The notes: generated by a model not told the origin, from the letters alone. 63,332 bases of DNA, filler included, from Reclinomonas americana ATCC 50394 (GCA_048213135.1; 35 parts of 35 records of this genome joined end to end with filler, not necessarily neighbours in it), one strand, 5' to 3'. Positions 36,879-50,602 are shown, counted from the whole stretch's first letter. Numbers and translations: made by a program.

Positions 36879-37948
36879 CTGTTGACGCGGGAGAAGGGGA
36901 GATGAGGGGAGTGGTGAGGGGTGAAGGGGAATGGGGGGTGGCGACACACACACACACGCACCAGCGATCGAATGAGGTGTTGCCAGCGGGTGCGCGCCAC
37001 TCGTCGTCGTGCTCGCGCTTGACATACGCGCACGGCTTTCTCACGAATGGCAGGCGGGCCTCGCGGACCAAACGGCGATTGGTCGTCGGCAAGGTAGCCG
37101 ACCCGAGCACGTGCTAATGGGAGAAGGGGAAGGGGAAGGGGAGGAGGAGGATGAGCACAGCGGATGATGATAAGAGAGAGGGGGAGGGTGAAGGAACGTA
37201 CGTCGCACAGGCATCGCAGGTCTGGGCAGTCGAACGAACATGCGGTTGCCCTGGTGATGGGTGGAAGGGGTGAGGGAAGGGGGGCAGGTAAAGGGGGCAG
37301 GTAAAGGGGGAAGGTAAAGGGGGAAGGTAAAGGGGGAAGGTAAAGGAGGAGGAGGAGGAGGGGGAGGGGAGGAGGAGGAGGAGGAGGACGAGGAGGAGGA
37401 GGAGGAGGAGGACGAGGAGGAGGAGGAGGAGGAGGAGGAGGAGGAGAATAAGAAGAAGAAGAAGAGCGAGAACAACAAGAAGTACAGCAGAATAAGAGGA
37501 AGAACAGCAACAACAAGATGATGAAAAGAGAATGAGAAAGAAAGGAAGAGAGGAGAAGAAGAAGAACAAGGAGAAGAACAAGGAGAAGAAGAAAGAAGAA
37601 GAACAAGGAGAAGAAGAAGGAGGAGGAGGAGAACAACAACAACAACAAAACAAGAAGAAGAAGAAGGCGAAGGAACAAGAGGGGAAGAAGCAGAAGATCA
37701 AGACGATGAGGAGGTGATGTATGAGGAGAGACATGAATCCTGATGAGCTGGGAGAGACAGAGAGTGAAACATGGGGAGGGCAACCACTCTGTGTTGTGTA
37801 CCTCACGCTGCTTTGAGAACAAGAGGAGTAGTTCTCTCTCTCTCTCTCNNNNNNNNNNNNNNNNNNNNNNNNNNNNNNNNNNNNNNNNNNNNTTAATTAA
37901 TTAANNNNNNNNNNNNNNNNNNNNNNNNNNNNNNNNNNNNNNNNNNNN

Positions 37949-38594
37949 CTGTACACCAATGCCGTGTTTGCCGAGCAAGCCACCGTCACGGGTGGCGGTT
38001 CTGCCTTCCTTCGCGAAATGCTGATTGGCATCATCTCTGGTATCGTGTAACTCAGATCTATTCACCGTGTTGCCATTGTGGTGTTCCTCACGCTTGTCTG
38101 CAGGCGTGATTATGGCACCGGTGGTGTGGGTTGTGTCGCAGATATTCATCCGCACGCCGCGTATGGCAATGCAGCTGCGTTCCGCTCACGAGACAACAAT
38201 GGGCAAGCGTTTCACGGAGCGGGTGGAGGTGACATCCATCGACATGCCCGCCGACGATGCAAGCGACTTGGAGTGCGCAGAGTCGGCTCGCAAGGTGATT
38301 TTCATGTGGAGTGGGAGGATGTGGCTTGCAATCAAGTTCGCGATGTAACAGCAATTGTGTTTCTTAACACGCGCGCAGAGCCAGCACACCATGATACACG
38401 TGGTGTCTGCTCGGGGGCAACCACCACCACCGCCTCCGCCTCCGCGCGTTGCTCGACTGCGAGTGCGAGGCGAATCCAGCACACACTTGCTCACTGCCGT
38501 GTCTCAACTGCGAAGGAATGATGTTTTTGGCGCGCTTTTGCACTACGCACAACACGGCCGAGAGAGAGCAGTTGCGTCGATGTGGGAGGAGTGA
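37949..38594 (+). CDS. Membrane protein fragment with a polycystin (PKD1-like) style TM segment
   Basis: Spliced LYTNAVF...MLIGIISG|VIMAPVVWVVSQIFIRT resembles the NAMF...IGIxSxxIxFPVxxxxxxIF pattern; the match is short. Confidence 0.35.
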
Positions 38595-39825
38595 TAGGAG
38601 GGGGCGATGAGAGAAAGAGGAGAGGAGAGGAAAGAGAAATGGAAGAACAGGGTGAGGGAAAGAGGAGTGCGGATGGTGGTGAAAAGGGCTCGATTCCGGG
38701 GAGGAAAGACGGGAGTGAGGGGAAAGGGTTGAGGAACTAGCTTGATGTGAGAAGAGGAAGGAGGTGAAAATGGATGAGGTGATAGGGTCAAGCTGTTGAT
38801 GGAGGAAAGAAGTTGATGCGCGAGGAGTGAGAAAAAGAGGTTGGCAACTGCCTCGATAAGGGAGGAAAGAAACGATGGCAGTGAGAAATGGTGAGGTCAG
38901 AGTGAGAGACAAGAGATGAGCAGATTGTTGATGTGGGGGAGGAGGATAGGAGGGGCGCGAGTTCGAAGGTATCTGCGCAGATGAAGTGGATCCATGGAAG
39001 AGGGACGAACGCTATGCGAGAAGAATCGGGAGAAGGCGAAGGTGGACCGAGGGAATGGTTAAATGAGGGGAAACTGAGATGAGTGAGAAGGAACAAGCTC
39101 AGTGGAGAGGAGGAATGGGAAGAAGGCAAAGTGAGGCGGTGAAGATGGAGGATTGAGTAGCTGGAAGAGGGAAACAAACCCGATGCGAGAGTGAGGTCTT
39201 AACTGTTACTGGAGTGAGGGAAAAGTAAGGTAGATTGCACACACGTGATGGGTTGCAGTTGGATGCAGAATGAGCTTGTTGGTGGAGACTGGGGCAGGAC
39301 GCAGTTCTTGGATTCAACTCGGAGTATGCCAGAGTGGTGCTTCGAGATTTCATTCTTGCTCACAGACCCGTGCACAATTGGCGCTCAAGTCGCCACCACT
39401 CCGTTCCTTGATATCTCTCCGTTGCCAAACCTGTCTCATGACTGATCGGTCCATCAGGTCCCCGTTGGCTTCTCGCTGGCGGCGCTGCAGCGCGAGTTCT
39501 TCGGGTGGGTGCACAGAACAGGGATGGGCAAGGAGAGCTTGGCACCGGATATGTCTGCCGATGAGTTCCAGCGTCTTTGGCTTGCGCAATACGCCATGGA
39601 GGGTGCCAGTGCCGATGGCCCCGGGAACGACCTGCTAGATTCGCGCGCTCGCCTGTTGTCGTTTGTGTCAGATAAAGANNNNNNNNNNNNNNNNNNNNNN
39701 NNNNNNNNNNNNNNNNNNNNNNTTAATTAATTAANNNNNNNNNNNNNNNNNNNNNNNNNNNNNNNNNNNNNNNNNNNNTTGATTGAAGTGACGCAGGACA
39801 TGCTTGGAAGTCTATACGTGGGGAT

Positions 39826-41480
39826 TTATTCACGAGGATCCGCGTCCGTATCTGCCGGTGGCGCGACATTGAGAAAGTCGGGAAGTTGCACATCGCGCAC
39901 AAACGGATGCTCCAGCAGCTCGGCCACACTTGGCCGGTCGTGCGGATCGCTGTGTGCATCATGAGTCAGCTGCGGACTGCACGGGTAGAATACAACAATG
40001 CCGGCGGATCACGCAACAAGGCAAAGCACGCTTGGATAAAGCTCCGACCGTCCTCCGATATCGACGGTGGAATCACTGGCTTCTTGGCCGAGGTGATTTG
40101 GTACATGATGTTGAACTGTGGGTTGGCAGATACGGGGTCGTCAGCATCACACACTCGTGCTGGTGTCACAGAGTACACACCATGTTGGTGCAGTCGGCGT
40201 ACGGTCGCACACCCGACAACAATTCCAGCACCGTGGCACCAATGCTCCACGTATCAACCTTGAAGCCGTATCGAATGCGATTCGAGCTCGACGGCATGAG
40301 GACCTCTGGTGCACAATACCTGCGCGAGAGAAATCATCAGTCAGGCACAACAGCGCACGCAATACGCTTGTCGCCTGGTGAAGAGAACGAAACGCTACAG
40401 TGCCAGTAGAACCGGTGGCCGTGGCCGTTCCGGCCTCGAGCATTTTGCACGTGCCAAAGTCGGCCACTTTGACGACCGTCACGCCATTCTCGGTGGTGAG
40501 CAAAATGTTGCCGGGCTTGAGATCTCGATGTACAATGCCGTTGCTGTGCAGATACTGGATGCCATGCAGGAACTGCTTGGTGTAGTTGCGTACCAAGTCG
40601 TCGGGGAGGGCGCCGGACTGCTTGACGGCCTTGGCCAGAGCACCCAGGCAGCAAAACTCCATGGCTGATGGATTCGATTAAAAATGAGTGCATCGGCATC
40701 GGATGAAGCGCAACAGCACTCCCACCAATCTCCACATGTGATCGCACGGCGCGTACCGCGAGCAAGTTGGTGATGTTGGGGTGGTGGAGCGAGCGCAGCA
40801 AGGAAATCTCATTCAAAATCTCTCCCATCTGCGCGAGGCAGTCAGCACAGAGGCCGTGACAATGGCGACGACAAACAACGACGCAACATTCTTGTTGCCG
40901 GCCTGAATGGTCACGTTCTTGACTGCAACATTGGTGCCGGCCATGGGGCCGCTCGTCACAGTGGCCAAGTACACTGTGCCAAAGGTGCCGGAACCGAGAC
41001 ATACCGACGCTGTACATCATCCACTAATAAGCAGACAGCACAGACACGTAGAAGACGAGAACAAAAGCCCGCACGCAACGGACAACGAGAGAGTAATCAA
41101 ACTGGTCGCCACCGCCCTCGCCTCCCTCGTGCGCCTCCAGGACAATGGCAGTCGGCGGTGTGCCACTGCGTCGATCACTATATGTGAGTAGGGGGGAAGC
41201 ACTATTTCGACGAAAAAAAGACGCAACTCTGAACTGCTGCCACTGCCCTGTCCGGCCTGCGTCGCAAACAGAGTAGTCATCTTGGCTCGTGTCTTTGAAA
41301 TGGACTCCTTGAGCGATCTTAGCCGCTCCGTGTCGTCTCCACTCTTTGGCGATCCTCGCCCGTAGCCCACACGCCCGGCCGCCGGCTGTGCCGAGTTGGC
41401 CATCGCAGCTGCACCACCACTGCCACTCGCTGCCGTCTCGGTTGCGGCAGACGCAGCTGCCGTCGGCTGCGTCTGCACAA
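39826..41480 (-). CDS. Ser/Thr protein kinase, STE11/MAP3K-like, spliced
   Basis: LGSGTFGTVY, VAVK, EISLLRSLHHPNI, HRDLKPGNIL, DFG, GTVA|YCAPE, DTWSIG and RPSVAELLEHPFV. Confidence 0.93.
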
Positions 41481-41606
41481 CGCGACCCTCCCCACCACCG
41501 CCACCGNNNNNNNNNNNNNNNNNNNNNNNNNNNNNNNNNNNNNNNNNNNNTTAATTAATTAANNNNNNNNNNNNNNNNNNNNNNNNNNNNNNNNNNNNNN
41601 NNNNNN

Positions 41607-43005
41607 GAGTCGCCGCCAAGGGAGTCGAAGGCCACAATAGACAGAGGGACGCTGGCACTCGCGCCCCCCATCGTCAGCGGCGGCAAGGTCTGAGGCGTCA
41701 TGTGCACCGCCGCGCTGGCGGCTGGTGCCGCCGCCGTCGGTGTTGCTGGCGGCGGAGGTGGTGGGGGCTGAGGAGAGGGCGAGGAGGAGACGGAGCGGGC
41801 CGAGTCGGAGGAATCCGACATGGCGGGCATTGGAATGCAGTGCGGAGAGAACAGGCCGTCGCCCGAGTCATCGACACTGTCGCACTCGTCGGACGACCAC
41901 GCCAGCGAGCCGGGTACGAGACTGTCGTCGCTCCGGTGCGCGCGGTGGTGGTGGTAGTCTGTTGCAGTTCAACAGCAGCAACGAACAAAAGCGGGTAAGC
42001 TCAACTTGAAGAGCAAGGAAGAAAGAGGAAAGACGAGCGGGTGGGGAGGCGAGCCGAGCAAGAAAAAGATGAATCTGCATACGAAACAGCTCGTGTTGCA
42101 AGAAAGGCAAATCCACCGCTCAATTTTGCCCGAAAAGGAAATTCACGTGGTGAAATGACACGCAAAAAGCTTGCAAAACATAAGACAAGGCGTGACACAT
42201 AAACACGGCCAGTCAACCACTCTGCATCACCACAAGCGCAACACACCACTATAGAGTGCGTAAGTGTGTGCAAGTACACGAGACACACGGAAAATGTCCA
42301 AAACGTGTGCGCAAAAGAAGAAAACGGGATGGGGTGGCGATAGGGCAGACACGGAGGAGGAGAAGGGGAAAGGTGTGCAGAGAGAGGGAGAGACGGAGGG
42401 GAGACGCAACATGACACCAAGCTGAGCTGCTCCATGCGCGCCGACGTGGCCTGGAAAAAGGCACTCGAGGCACCCTCCAGCAACACTGCGTCATTAGGCG
42501 GCCACACGCCCAAAATCTCTGTTGCCGCCGCCGATGCTGTTGTCGCAGCTGATATGGCCATCACAGCCGCCGCAGTGCCATTCAACAAGCGCCGCTTGTT
42601 CATTGGAGGCTCCATGACCGCAGTCGCCGCCGCCCATTCGTCTTGCAACGAGCGGCGTCGTCGCCGTGTCCTGCCCAGTGCCGCTGCTGTCGCCGTTGAT
42701 GATGACATTACAGTGGACGACGAGTGCAGCGGAGTCGTAATCGGCGGCAAGGCAGTGTCGAGTAGTTGTTGTTGTTCCTGGCCATGACGCGCGGCATCTA
42801 CTACAACCACAGCCGCAGCCTCGGCGGCGGTGACATCTTGTGATGCAGTGGAGGAGGGTGTGGAGGAGGAGGAGGCAGGTGCAGACGAGGGCACCGCAGG
42901 CGAGTGGATGGGTGTGAGGTAAGGTTCGCCGCCGCCAACAACGGCAGAGGGCGTTGAGAGTGGAGGCGCCTCGCAGCAGCACGCAAAGAAGTCGTCGACT
43001 TGCAT
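41607..43005 (-). CDS. Disordered protein fragment with a basic NLS-like motif
   Basis: Low-complexity coding-like exons, including PPMNKRRLL. Confidence 0.4.
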
Positions 43006-43610
43006 GAGTGTGTGTGTGTGTGTGTAAGGTGGGAGAGAGAGGCAAAGGGCGTAGGTAAAAGAAAAAGCGTGGGGTAGATTGCCTGCGCTCTCAGATGCAA
43101 CAAGAAAACAAAGAAGAAAAAAAGACTATCCCAATCCGGAGGTGGCTCAAAATCGTCCGACACGCCTGCTCAAGTTGCAACGCAAGTTGCACTCCAAGCG
43201 CCCAGTTAGGGAGAGTGCGCCAGCACGCACGTAGCCTGCATTCTGCATTTCGCGGTGGCACTGGCGGCGGTCTCCTCGTCAAGTGGTGTGCTGGACAACG
43301 TGAATACTTATACCGATAGTACAATCGGACAAAGNNNNNNNNNNNNNNNNNNNNNNNNNNNNNNNNNNNNNNNNNNNNTTAATTAATTAANNNNNNNNNN
43401 NNNNNNNNNNNNNNNNNNNNNNNNNNNNNNNNNNTGAACGCGGGCTCCGCGGGCGTGCGTGTGGTGTGCGGCATTGTCTGCGAACACTCACACTCACTCA
43501 CACCACTCACGCACAACAGTACATTGACCGCTTCTGCTTCCCGCGCGAGGCTCCAAGTGGACAAGGTGTGGCGTGCATGTGTGTGTGTGTGTGTGCATGT
43601 GTGTGCTTTA

Positions 43611-45017
43611 GTGATACTGAATGTGCGCGATGAATCAGACTCGGTCGGCACCATTGAGTTCACTGCGTCGGGCTCCACCAACGGCATGACCTTTGTCTTG
43701 TTTGATGATACGCCCAACAGGTGTGCATGTCTGCATGTGCTTGATGATCAGATCGACTCATGCTGACGCGCGTTTCTGTCAAGTTGGCCATCGGTCGACA
43801 GTCGCATCTCCGACATGACGTGCCAGCAGGTGGTGGACGCTGCCAAGATCAGCATGCCGCTGGTGAATATGCAGACTACGTCAGGTGCGTGTGTCGCTGG
43901 AGAAGGGAAGAAAGACAACTGCCACGAGTGGTGCTGAGCGGAGGAGGGGGGTGCAGGATCGTGGAAAATTCCGGTCACTGGCGAGTTCCATTACTACTAC
44001 GCGGGCCTGGTGGCGTGCGTGCCGGCCATGATGGAGGAGACGATGAGGTTCACGTTGACCATGACGAATTCGGATAGCAGCTGGTGGTCGCATCAGTTCA
44101 GCTGGGATTCGCAAGGTCTGTGGCACTCCGAGTGCAGCAGTGGTCCCGTGCGACAACTGACGTGCTGAGTGGCGCAGGGCTGTTGGAAATCTACCTGGTG
44201 TTCTTCATTCTCTACACCCTGCTGGTGGCGAGTATGACGTACACGGTCCTCCGGCTGCGCAGCATGGCCAGCAGTTCTCCAGTTTCGTCGCCCGCCGCCA
44301 CTCAATTGTGCTTATGTGTGTGTGTGTGTGTGTGTGTACGACGCTCACACCTGCTGGCGACCACTGCAGCTGTTGAATCTGGCGGCGCTGGCGATCGGCA
44401 CTGTGTACCTTGGCACTCTCTTTGAGTTCATCCACTACGCCAAGTTTGCCTCCGACGGCATCGGTGTGCAAGGCCTGAAGGGTTTCGCCGATGGTACGTG
44501 CAATCCCGATCACACGCTGCGATGCTATGAGATCTTAATCCCGCGACATGCTCGTCACAGTGATGGGCCTGGGCGCGCGCTTGACCTTCCTGGCATTGTT
44601 GCTGTGCATGGCCCACGGTTGGACAATCACTGTGCCGTACTTGCGGCGGCGGAGTGTCTTTGTTGGTGCGCTGAACCACACCTCGCACACATGTGCGCCA
44701 TCCGACTCACGTTCTCCTCGCCGACGCACAGCCATTTTTGCGGCTCTCATTCTGCTGCACGTGGCCCTGTACATGTGGGCGCAAATATCCATGGATCCCT
44801 CATCGACGACATTTATCTATGACACGCCACCCGGCATTGTCATTGCCTGTGTTCGCCTGCCGGTGTGCGCGTGGTTTATCATCATGGCCAAGAAGACACA
44901 CGATGAAGAGCAACACGGAGGACGAAAGCGACTGTACAAGCTGTTCACACCTGTGTTCACAGTGTGGCTGCTGGTGCTGCCAATCATGGTGCTCGTTGCG
45001 GGAGTCGTGCAACCATG
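43611..45017 (+). CDS. TMEM145/GPR180-family 7TM protein, spliced, partial
   Basis: FVLFDD...SW, WSHQFSWDSQGLLEIY, IHYAKFASDGIG, LLLCMAHGWTI, YDTPPG and FTVWLLVLP. Confidence 0.88.
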
Positions 45018-45070
45018 GTGAGCTGCCGTGGTGCGGTCACATTTTGTTCTGTGCTTTGGTTATTCATCGC

Positions 45071-45154
<84 letters not shown>

Positions 45155-45254
45155 NNNNNNNNNNNNNNNNNNNNNNNNNNNNNNNNNNNNNNNNNNNNTT
45201 AATTAATTAANNNNNNNNNNNNNNNNNNNNNNNNNNNNNNNNNNNNNNNNNNNN

Positions 45255-45343
<89 letters not shown>

Positions 45344-45462
45344 ATTGTGCATGACAGGGCACCAACCAGCAGCCCGCTGTGCCTTGAAGACGAGGTCAGT
45401 GTCTGTGCTCTTTGATCCTGGTTTGCTTGTGCAGATTTCTCATGGTTATGCTCGGGTGCAGA

Positions 45463-46790
45463 TTGGTTGGAACATGGTGGAGCGCATGCGTGATCTCGTG
45501 CGGTCACTAGACCCACTACCGGCTCTGAATGAGGGCCAAGGCTTGTCGGTGATTGCAGTGGGTGGCGTCGGCGGTGCCTCGGATGGCGGCCTGTTCTCTC
45601 CGCAGGGATTAATGTCACCTGCGGTGGGTGGTGGCGGCGTCGGTGCGGGCGGCCGCGGCGTCGGTGGTGGTGGCGGTGGCATCAGCATGGGCGGAAGTGG
45701 TCTGGCAGGGCGCGCCGGCAGCGAGTGGGACATGCAACCGAGTAGCAGTCGGAGCAACACCGCCATCACGTACACGTCTCAATTGCTGCAGGTAGGTGAT
45801 ATCAAGCTGCTCTCTCCCTCTCTTTGTGCTGCGCGCTCACTCATTCCTTTCCCTGCGCAGACCACGCGCCTGGCCGGGTACATGAGCACCGAGTATCCTG
45901 CCGTGGCTCACTCTCTCGTGCAAGCACTGCACGACACCAAGTACAACACACCACAACCGTCGGCCAGTGCCGCCGCCGCCGCTGCTGCTGCTGCTGCTGC
46001 GAGTGCCGCCGCCACTCCCACGACTGTGGTGCCACCGCTGGCAGAAATCGTTCAGCGAGCTGTCATCACATCGTCGTTGCCCACAAACGAGTTGCGGGTG
46101 ATGTCGGGCGTGGGAGGCAGTGGCAGCGGTGGAGGTGGTGTTGGCGATGGGGACGACATGGGTCCTGGGGGCGTGTCGTCGTCGTCGTCGGCGGCAGCAG
46201 GTGGCGCTGCCGGACGACAGTGCTCTTCTGGGGAGCTGGCGCTCGCCTTCATCTTGGACGTCTTGCGCACGGCGGGATTGGGTACCGGGCAGCCGGGAGG
46301 CTTTGGCGGCCCGGACAACCGCCGCCTGAGTGGCTCCAGCAGTATGTTCAGTCCACATGCGCATCACTCGCAAGGCCACATCGGGAGCAGGCAATTGCAA
46401 TCACCGCCAGGAGCTGCTGGCTCCGCAAGCGCAGTGGACACTTTGGCGCCTGCGCGCCTTGCTGCTCGACTGCGGGCTCTGACAGCATTTGAAGAGGTGA
46501 CGCGCGACGCGGCCGTGGCTCTTGATCGCGACTTGTCGGCGTCCTCGTCTGCGTCTGGCGCGGGGTCTGGCAGCACTCCCGATGTCGACACGACGCTGCC
46601 GCCCGGGCACGTGGCGCTCACGGCTCAATTCAACGCACTGTTGGATATGGCCAGCGGTGTCGACTTGGAGGCTCTCGATGACCCTACGACGCCGCTAGAC
46701 GTGCTCAACTGGAACCACGCGGCCGGCTCCCTCTCGCTGACGCAGCGCACCCTGCTGTTCATGCAGGATGCTTTTTCGCGCTCCGGTCGC
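45463..46790 (+). CDS. Internal fragment of a large unknown protein
   Basis: Long open frame with one likely short intron; helical segments alternate with Gly/Ser runs. Confidence 0.6.
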
Positions 46791-47190
46791 TGGTGGTGCT
46801 GTCGTCAAGTTGGTGCACAGGTGGCGCCGGCTGTCGCTGCCACCTGGTCACCGCAGCAGCATGTGAGTGCGGTTGTTGCAAACAAGGAAAAGTTGTTCTG
46901 TGTGTTTTTCCTCTGACTCCCCATGCGGCACACAGATTCGGTACAGATTGACTGGCAAGACAAACGAACTGCCTGTNNNNNNNNNNNNNNNNNNNNNNNN
47001 NNNNNNNNNNNNNNNNNNNNTTAATTAATTAANNNNNNNNNNNNNNNNNNNNNNNNNNNNNNNNNNNNNNNNNNNNCAGCAGCCAGCTGACTCGTTGTCA
47101 ACGCAGGAAACTCGCGCGCGAAGCGCGCTCGCCAGCTTGAGTGGTATATTCACAGTCTGCGGGCTTGGCCTCTCACGTTACACGTTTGGT

Positions 47191-47419
47191 CGGATTCGCG
47201 TGCAGAGCCACCGGATTCGCGTGCAGAGCCACCGGATTCGCGTGCAGAGCCACCGGATTCGCGTGCGTGCAGAGACACTGGATTCGCGTGCAGAGCCACC
47301 GGATTCGCGTGCAGAGCCACCGGATTCGCGTGCAGAGCCACCGGATTCGCGTGCAGAGCCACTGGATTCGCGTGCAGAGCCACCGGATTCGCGTGCAGAG
47401 CCACCGGATTCGCGTGCAG
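47191..47419. repeat. 21-bp minisatellite (CGGATTCGCGTGCAGAGCCAC), about 11 copies
   Basis: Head-to-tail units with no spacers; the fourth unit has a 4-bp insertion. Confidence 0.97.
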
Positions 47420-48896
47420 CGCGCCGCGCTACTCATGCCACATTTGAGCGTGTCTCGATCCTCTGTGGGAGCAGTTCCTGCTGACTGTGAAGGACGCGGA
47501 TGACCTCATTCCGCACGGAAACTGTGGAGCATGGACCACGCCAACAGAGCATCACTTCTCAGCACACTCGCGGTTTCACGAGCGCGCCACATGCCACTCA
47601 ACGTCGAGCTTGCTGCTGCGTTGACAGTCGCCAGTGGGTTTCCACACGCAGGAGTGTGGAAGCGCTCGCGGTAAGCTGCCGCTGCGGTAACTACAACAGC
47701 GGCAGCGTGGCTGTCTGGAAATACTACGGGCTCACCATCCACATGTTGCCGCTTGACCGCGCGCGCGCTAGCGCGCCAGAAGCAGATTTTTTTCGGCCAT
47801 CGGCACGCGGGAGTCATGGCGTCAGCAAACCAGCGTATGCCAAGCGTAACAGAGCGACGGTGGAGATGGCGGCGGTGTTATCAGCAAGAGTGGCCTCTGT
47901 GCGCGACAAGCACAAGCGGGCGCCAGGCGCTCCCAATGATTTGCTTGTCAGGGCGGCTTCAACGTATATACGTACGGTGGGCGGCAGCATAGAATGCCAG
48001 CTTTGGATGCTCCGCCCGCCGTTGGCGCATCCGCGGCCACTGTGGATGCTTAGCCGATGCAGGTGGATATCGCTATGGTCAGATTGTTGCGAGCGACGAC
48101 GGGCCAGCGGCGCTGCGGTGCAGGAGGTGGACGACGTCGGAGACAACATTCATGATTGCGGTGACGATGACGACAGGGAACGTGAAGCGGAGAAGATGGA
48201 CGGGAGTGAGACGGTGGTGTTCGCGAAGCTCATCAGTGGCGATCACGATGAATAAATGCTTTGGTTATTGTATGTGTCCGAATTAGTTGATCGGGTGGAA
48301 TTGACAGACACAACTTCTGGGTGCCGCAAGCAAAACCAACGACAACTCGGAGGCTGGTGTTCTGCATGCGCGCACGCTCCTCTACACTGCTTTGGTTAAC
48401 GTTTAGATAGTCAGTTTGCATGGTGCAAGCGTCCGCGAACGGAAATGTACCAATTTCCACTAGTGAACGACCAGTCACCAATAAGACGGGGCATCTTTCA
48501 TTTGCTTGTGTCCTCCCCGTGAGAAGAGGACATAGAGCAAAAGAAGAGTGAAAACGAACAGGACAACTGAAAGGACATTGAAGTGGTTCCTGGTCGTTTC
48601 TCACTCTGGAAACCTAAGTATACCAATCGGTAACTAGCGATTTCCCGGCTGCCGTATTCGCAGCAATGGATCGCCAGCTTCTCGCCAACAGGTTGCGAGA
48701 AACTATTAGCATTTGGATGACTGCCTCCGTCGTTATACAGAAAAGTCTCCATCTGTCACTCCTCTCACAGTGCTGCCACTAGCCAGCCGAGATATCNNNN
48801 NNNNNNNNNNNNNNNNNNNNNNNNNNNNNNNNNNNNNNNNTTAATTAATTAANNNNNNNNNNNNNNNNNNNNNNNNNNNNNNNNNNNNNNNNNNNN

Positions 48897-49961
48897 AGCC
48901 GTCGACTCGTCATGTCCACTGGTGGCGCACACAAGATTCGGCTGCTGCTCCGCCACGTACTCCATCATCCGCACTCCGCCCTCCACCGAGTGCCGGAAGC
49001 AAGTGCCAACGCTCGTGCTGCGCAGCGTCAGCTGCTCCGGATCCCGTCGCACCAGCTCGGCCACTGCCGCAAGCCGTCCGAGCCCACACGCCATGTGGAT
49101 GGGAGCGACGCCGCGGCGGTCGGTGGTGTGCACGCGCAACATTTCCGGTAACCGGTCGGCCAGCTCGCACACCAGCTCCAGGCAGTCGCCAGTGACGGCA
49201 GCGTGTAGCGCAGTGAGGTTTTCGGCCGACCGCAGCTCCAGCACGTGCGGACACTCACGCAGGAGCCACCGCACCACGTCCGTCTTGCCATAGTTGACAG
49301 CGATCTGCGCCGGTGGCATGCTGCATTCGTTGCCAATGTCCAACAGCGTCGGGTCCGCACGAAACAGCGCCTGTGCCACGGCCAGCGTCGAGTGTGCCAT
49401 GGCCACGTGCATCACCGAGCGCCCATCCTCTTGAATGGTCGACAGAAGCGCCGGGCATTGCGCCACCAGCCACTCGACCAGCTCCACGCTCGACGAATGC
49501 GCCGCCGCATGCAGCAACGTCTGCCCATCACTGACCGTATGCTCCACCGACACCCACTGCGGCCGCACCTCCGCCAACCGCCTCGCCACCTCCAACTGAC
49601 CGCAGAAGCACGCGACATGCATCACCGACGCGCCTCCGCTCGCCATTCGCACCTCCAACAACGACTCCGCATGCTCACGCAACAGCCACTCCACCACCTC
49701 CAACTGCCCCGCCATCGCCGCCACATGCAACACTGTGTGCCTCTGCGCGCTCTCATCGCGCATCAACACCGCCTCCGGCCGCTGCGCAACCAACCACTGC
49801 AGCAGCGGCAAGTGACCGCGTTTCGCACACACATGCGTCAGAGGCGACGAGGCCGAGGCGCGAATGGCAAACACGTCGCATTCCAGGGCAGCTTCCTGCA
49901 ACTGCGCGAGGTCGCCAGAGAAAGCAGCACTCACAGTGCGCTCTTCCGTGGTGGCCATCAT
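48897..49961 (-). CDS. Ankyrin-repeat protein (about 9-10 repeats), 3' partial
   Basis: Repeated TxLHxAAxxGxLxVVxWL motifs in an uninterrupted frame of about 355 codons. Confidence 0.93.
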
Positions 49962-50150
49962 CCGGACAAACAGGGATTGTTCACGCTTTGTGCGAGAAAA
50001 GACGAACTTGTCCTCGCAGTTGCCAGTGACAGCAAGCCAACGAGAGTTCGCGTGTGCACAACACCAGAACAAAAGGCCGCGAAGACGACGACGGAGTAGA
50101 GCAGTCAACGAAATCCATTGATTGTGTGTGATTGTCTTTGTTTGTTTGTA

Positions 50151-50602
50151 ATGAGTGGCTCTGAGTCCTCGTCGCCACCTGCTGCTCTCGGTGGCAGTGG
50201 CGGTGATGTTGGCGGGTCTCCGTCCTCTGCGTCCTCTCCATCGGCGTCTTCTGTGGTGCTGGAACCGGCGATGGATGTGGTCGCGCGTCGTCTCATGCGC
50301 TTTTGTGCGAAGAATGGCGTGGAGGTGTTGAACGCAGGTAGAGAGACAAGACAGGGAGGGAGGGAGGGAGGGAGAGAGTGTGTATGTGTGTGAGAGAGAG
50401 AGGATTGTGTGTGATGATTGCGCTGTTGTGATCCGTTATATGTGTGTGCGCGCCAACTCCACTCTCTCACACTCACGCTCTGCCTATGTGCAGCGGATGT
50501 GGAGTACGCGACACACATGCACGTGGTGCAACTGGACCAGGAGAGCAAGGCGCGCGCCAAGGCCTCCTCGTACAAGCAGATCCCCAGGTTTTTTCGCAAA
50601 AA
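50151..50602 (+). CDS. Possible PP2A B'' regulatory subunit (PPP2R3C/TON2-like), 5' exons
   Basis: The second exon ends SYKQIPRFFRK, similar to the YxxIPRFY motif at the PPP2R3C N-terminus; the match is short. Confidence 0.45.

Noticed and set aside
47191..47419. CRISPR array
   Set aside because: Units are head-to-tail with no unique spacers, there are no cas genes, and the context is eukaryotic.
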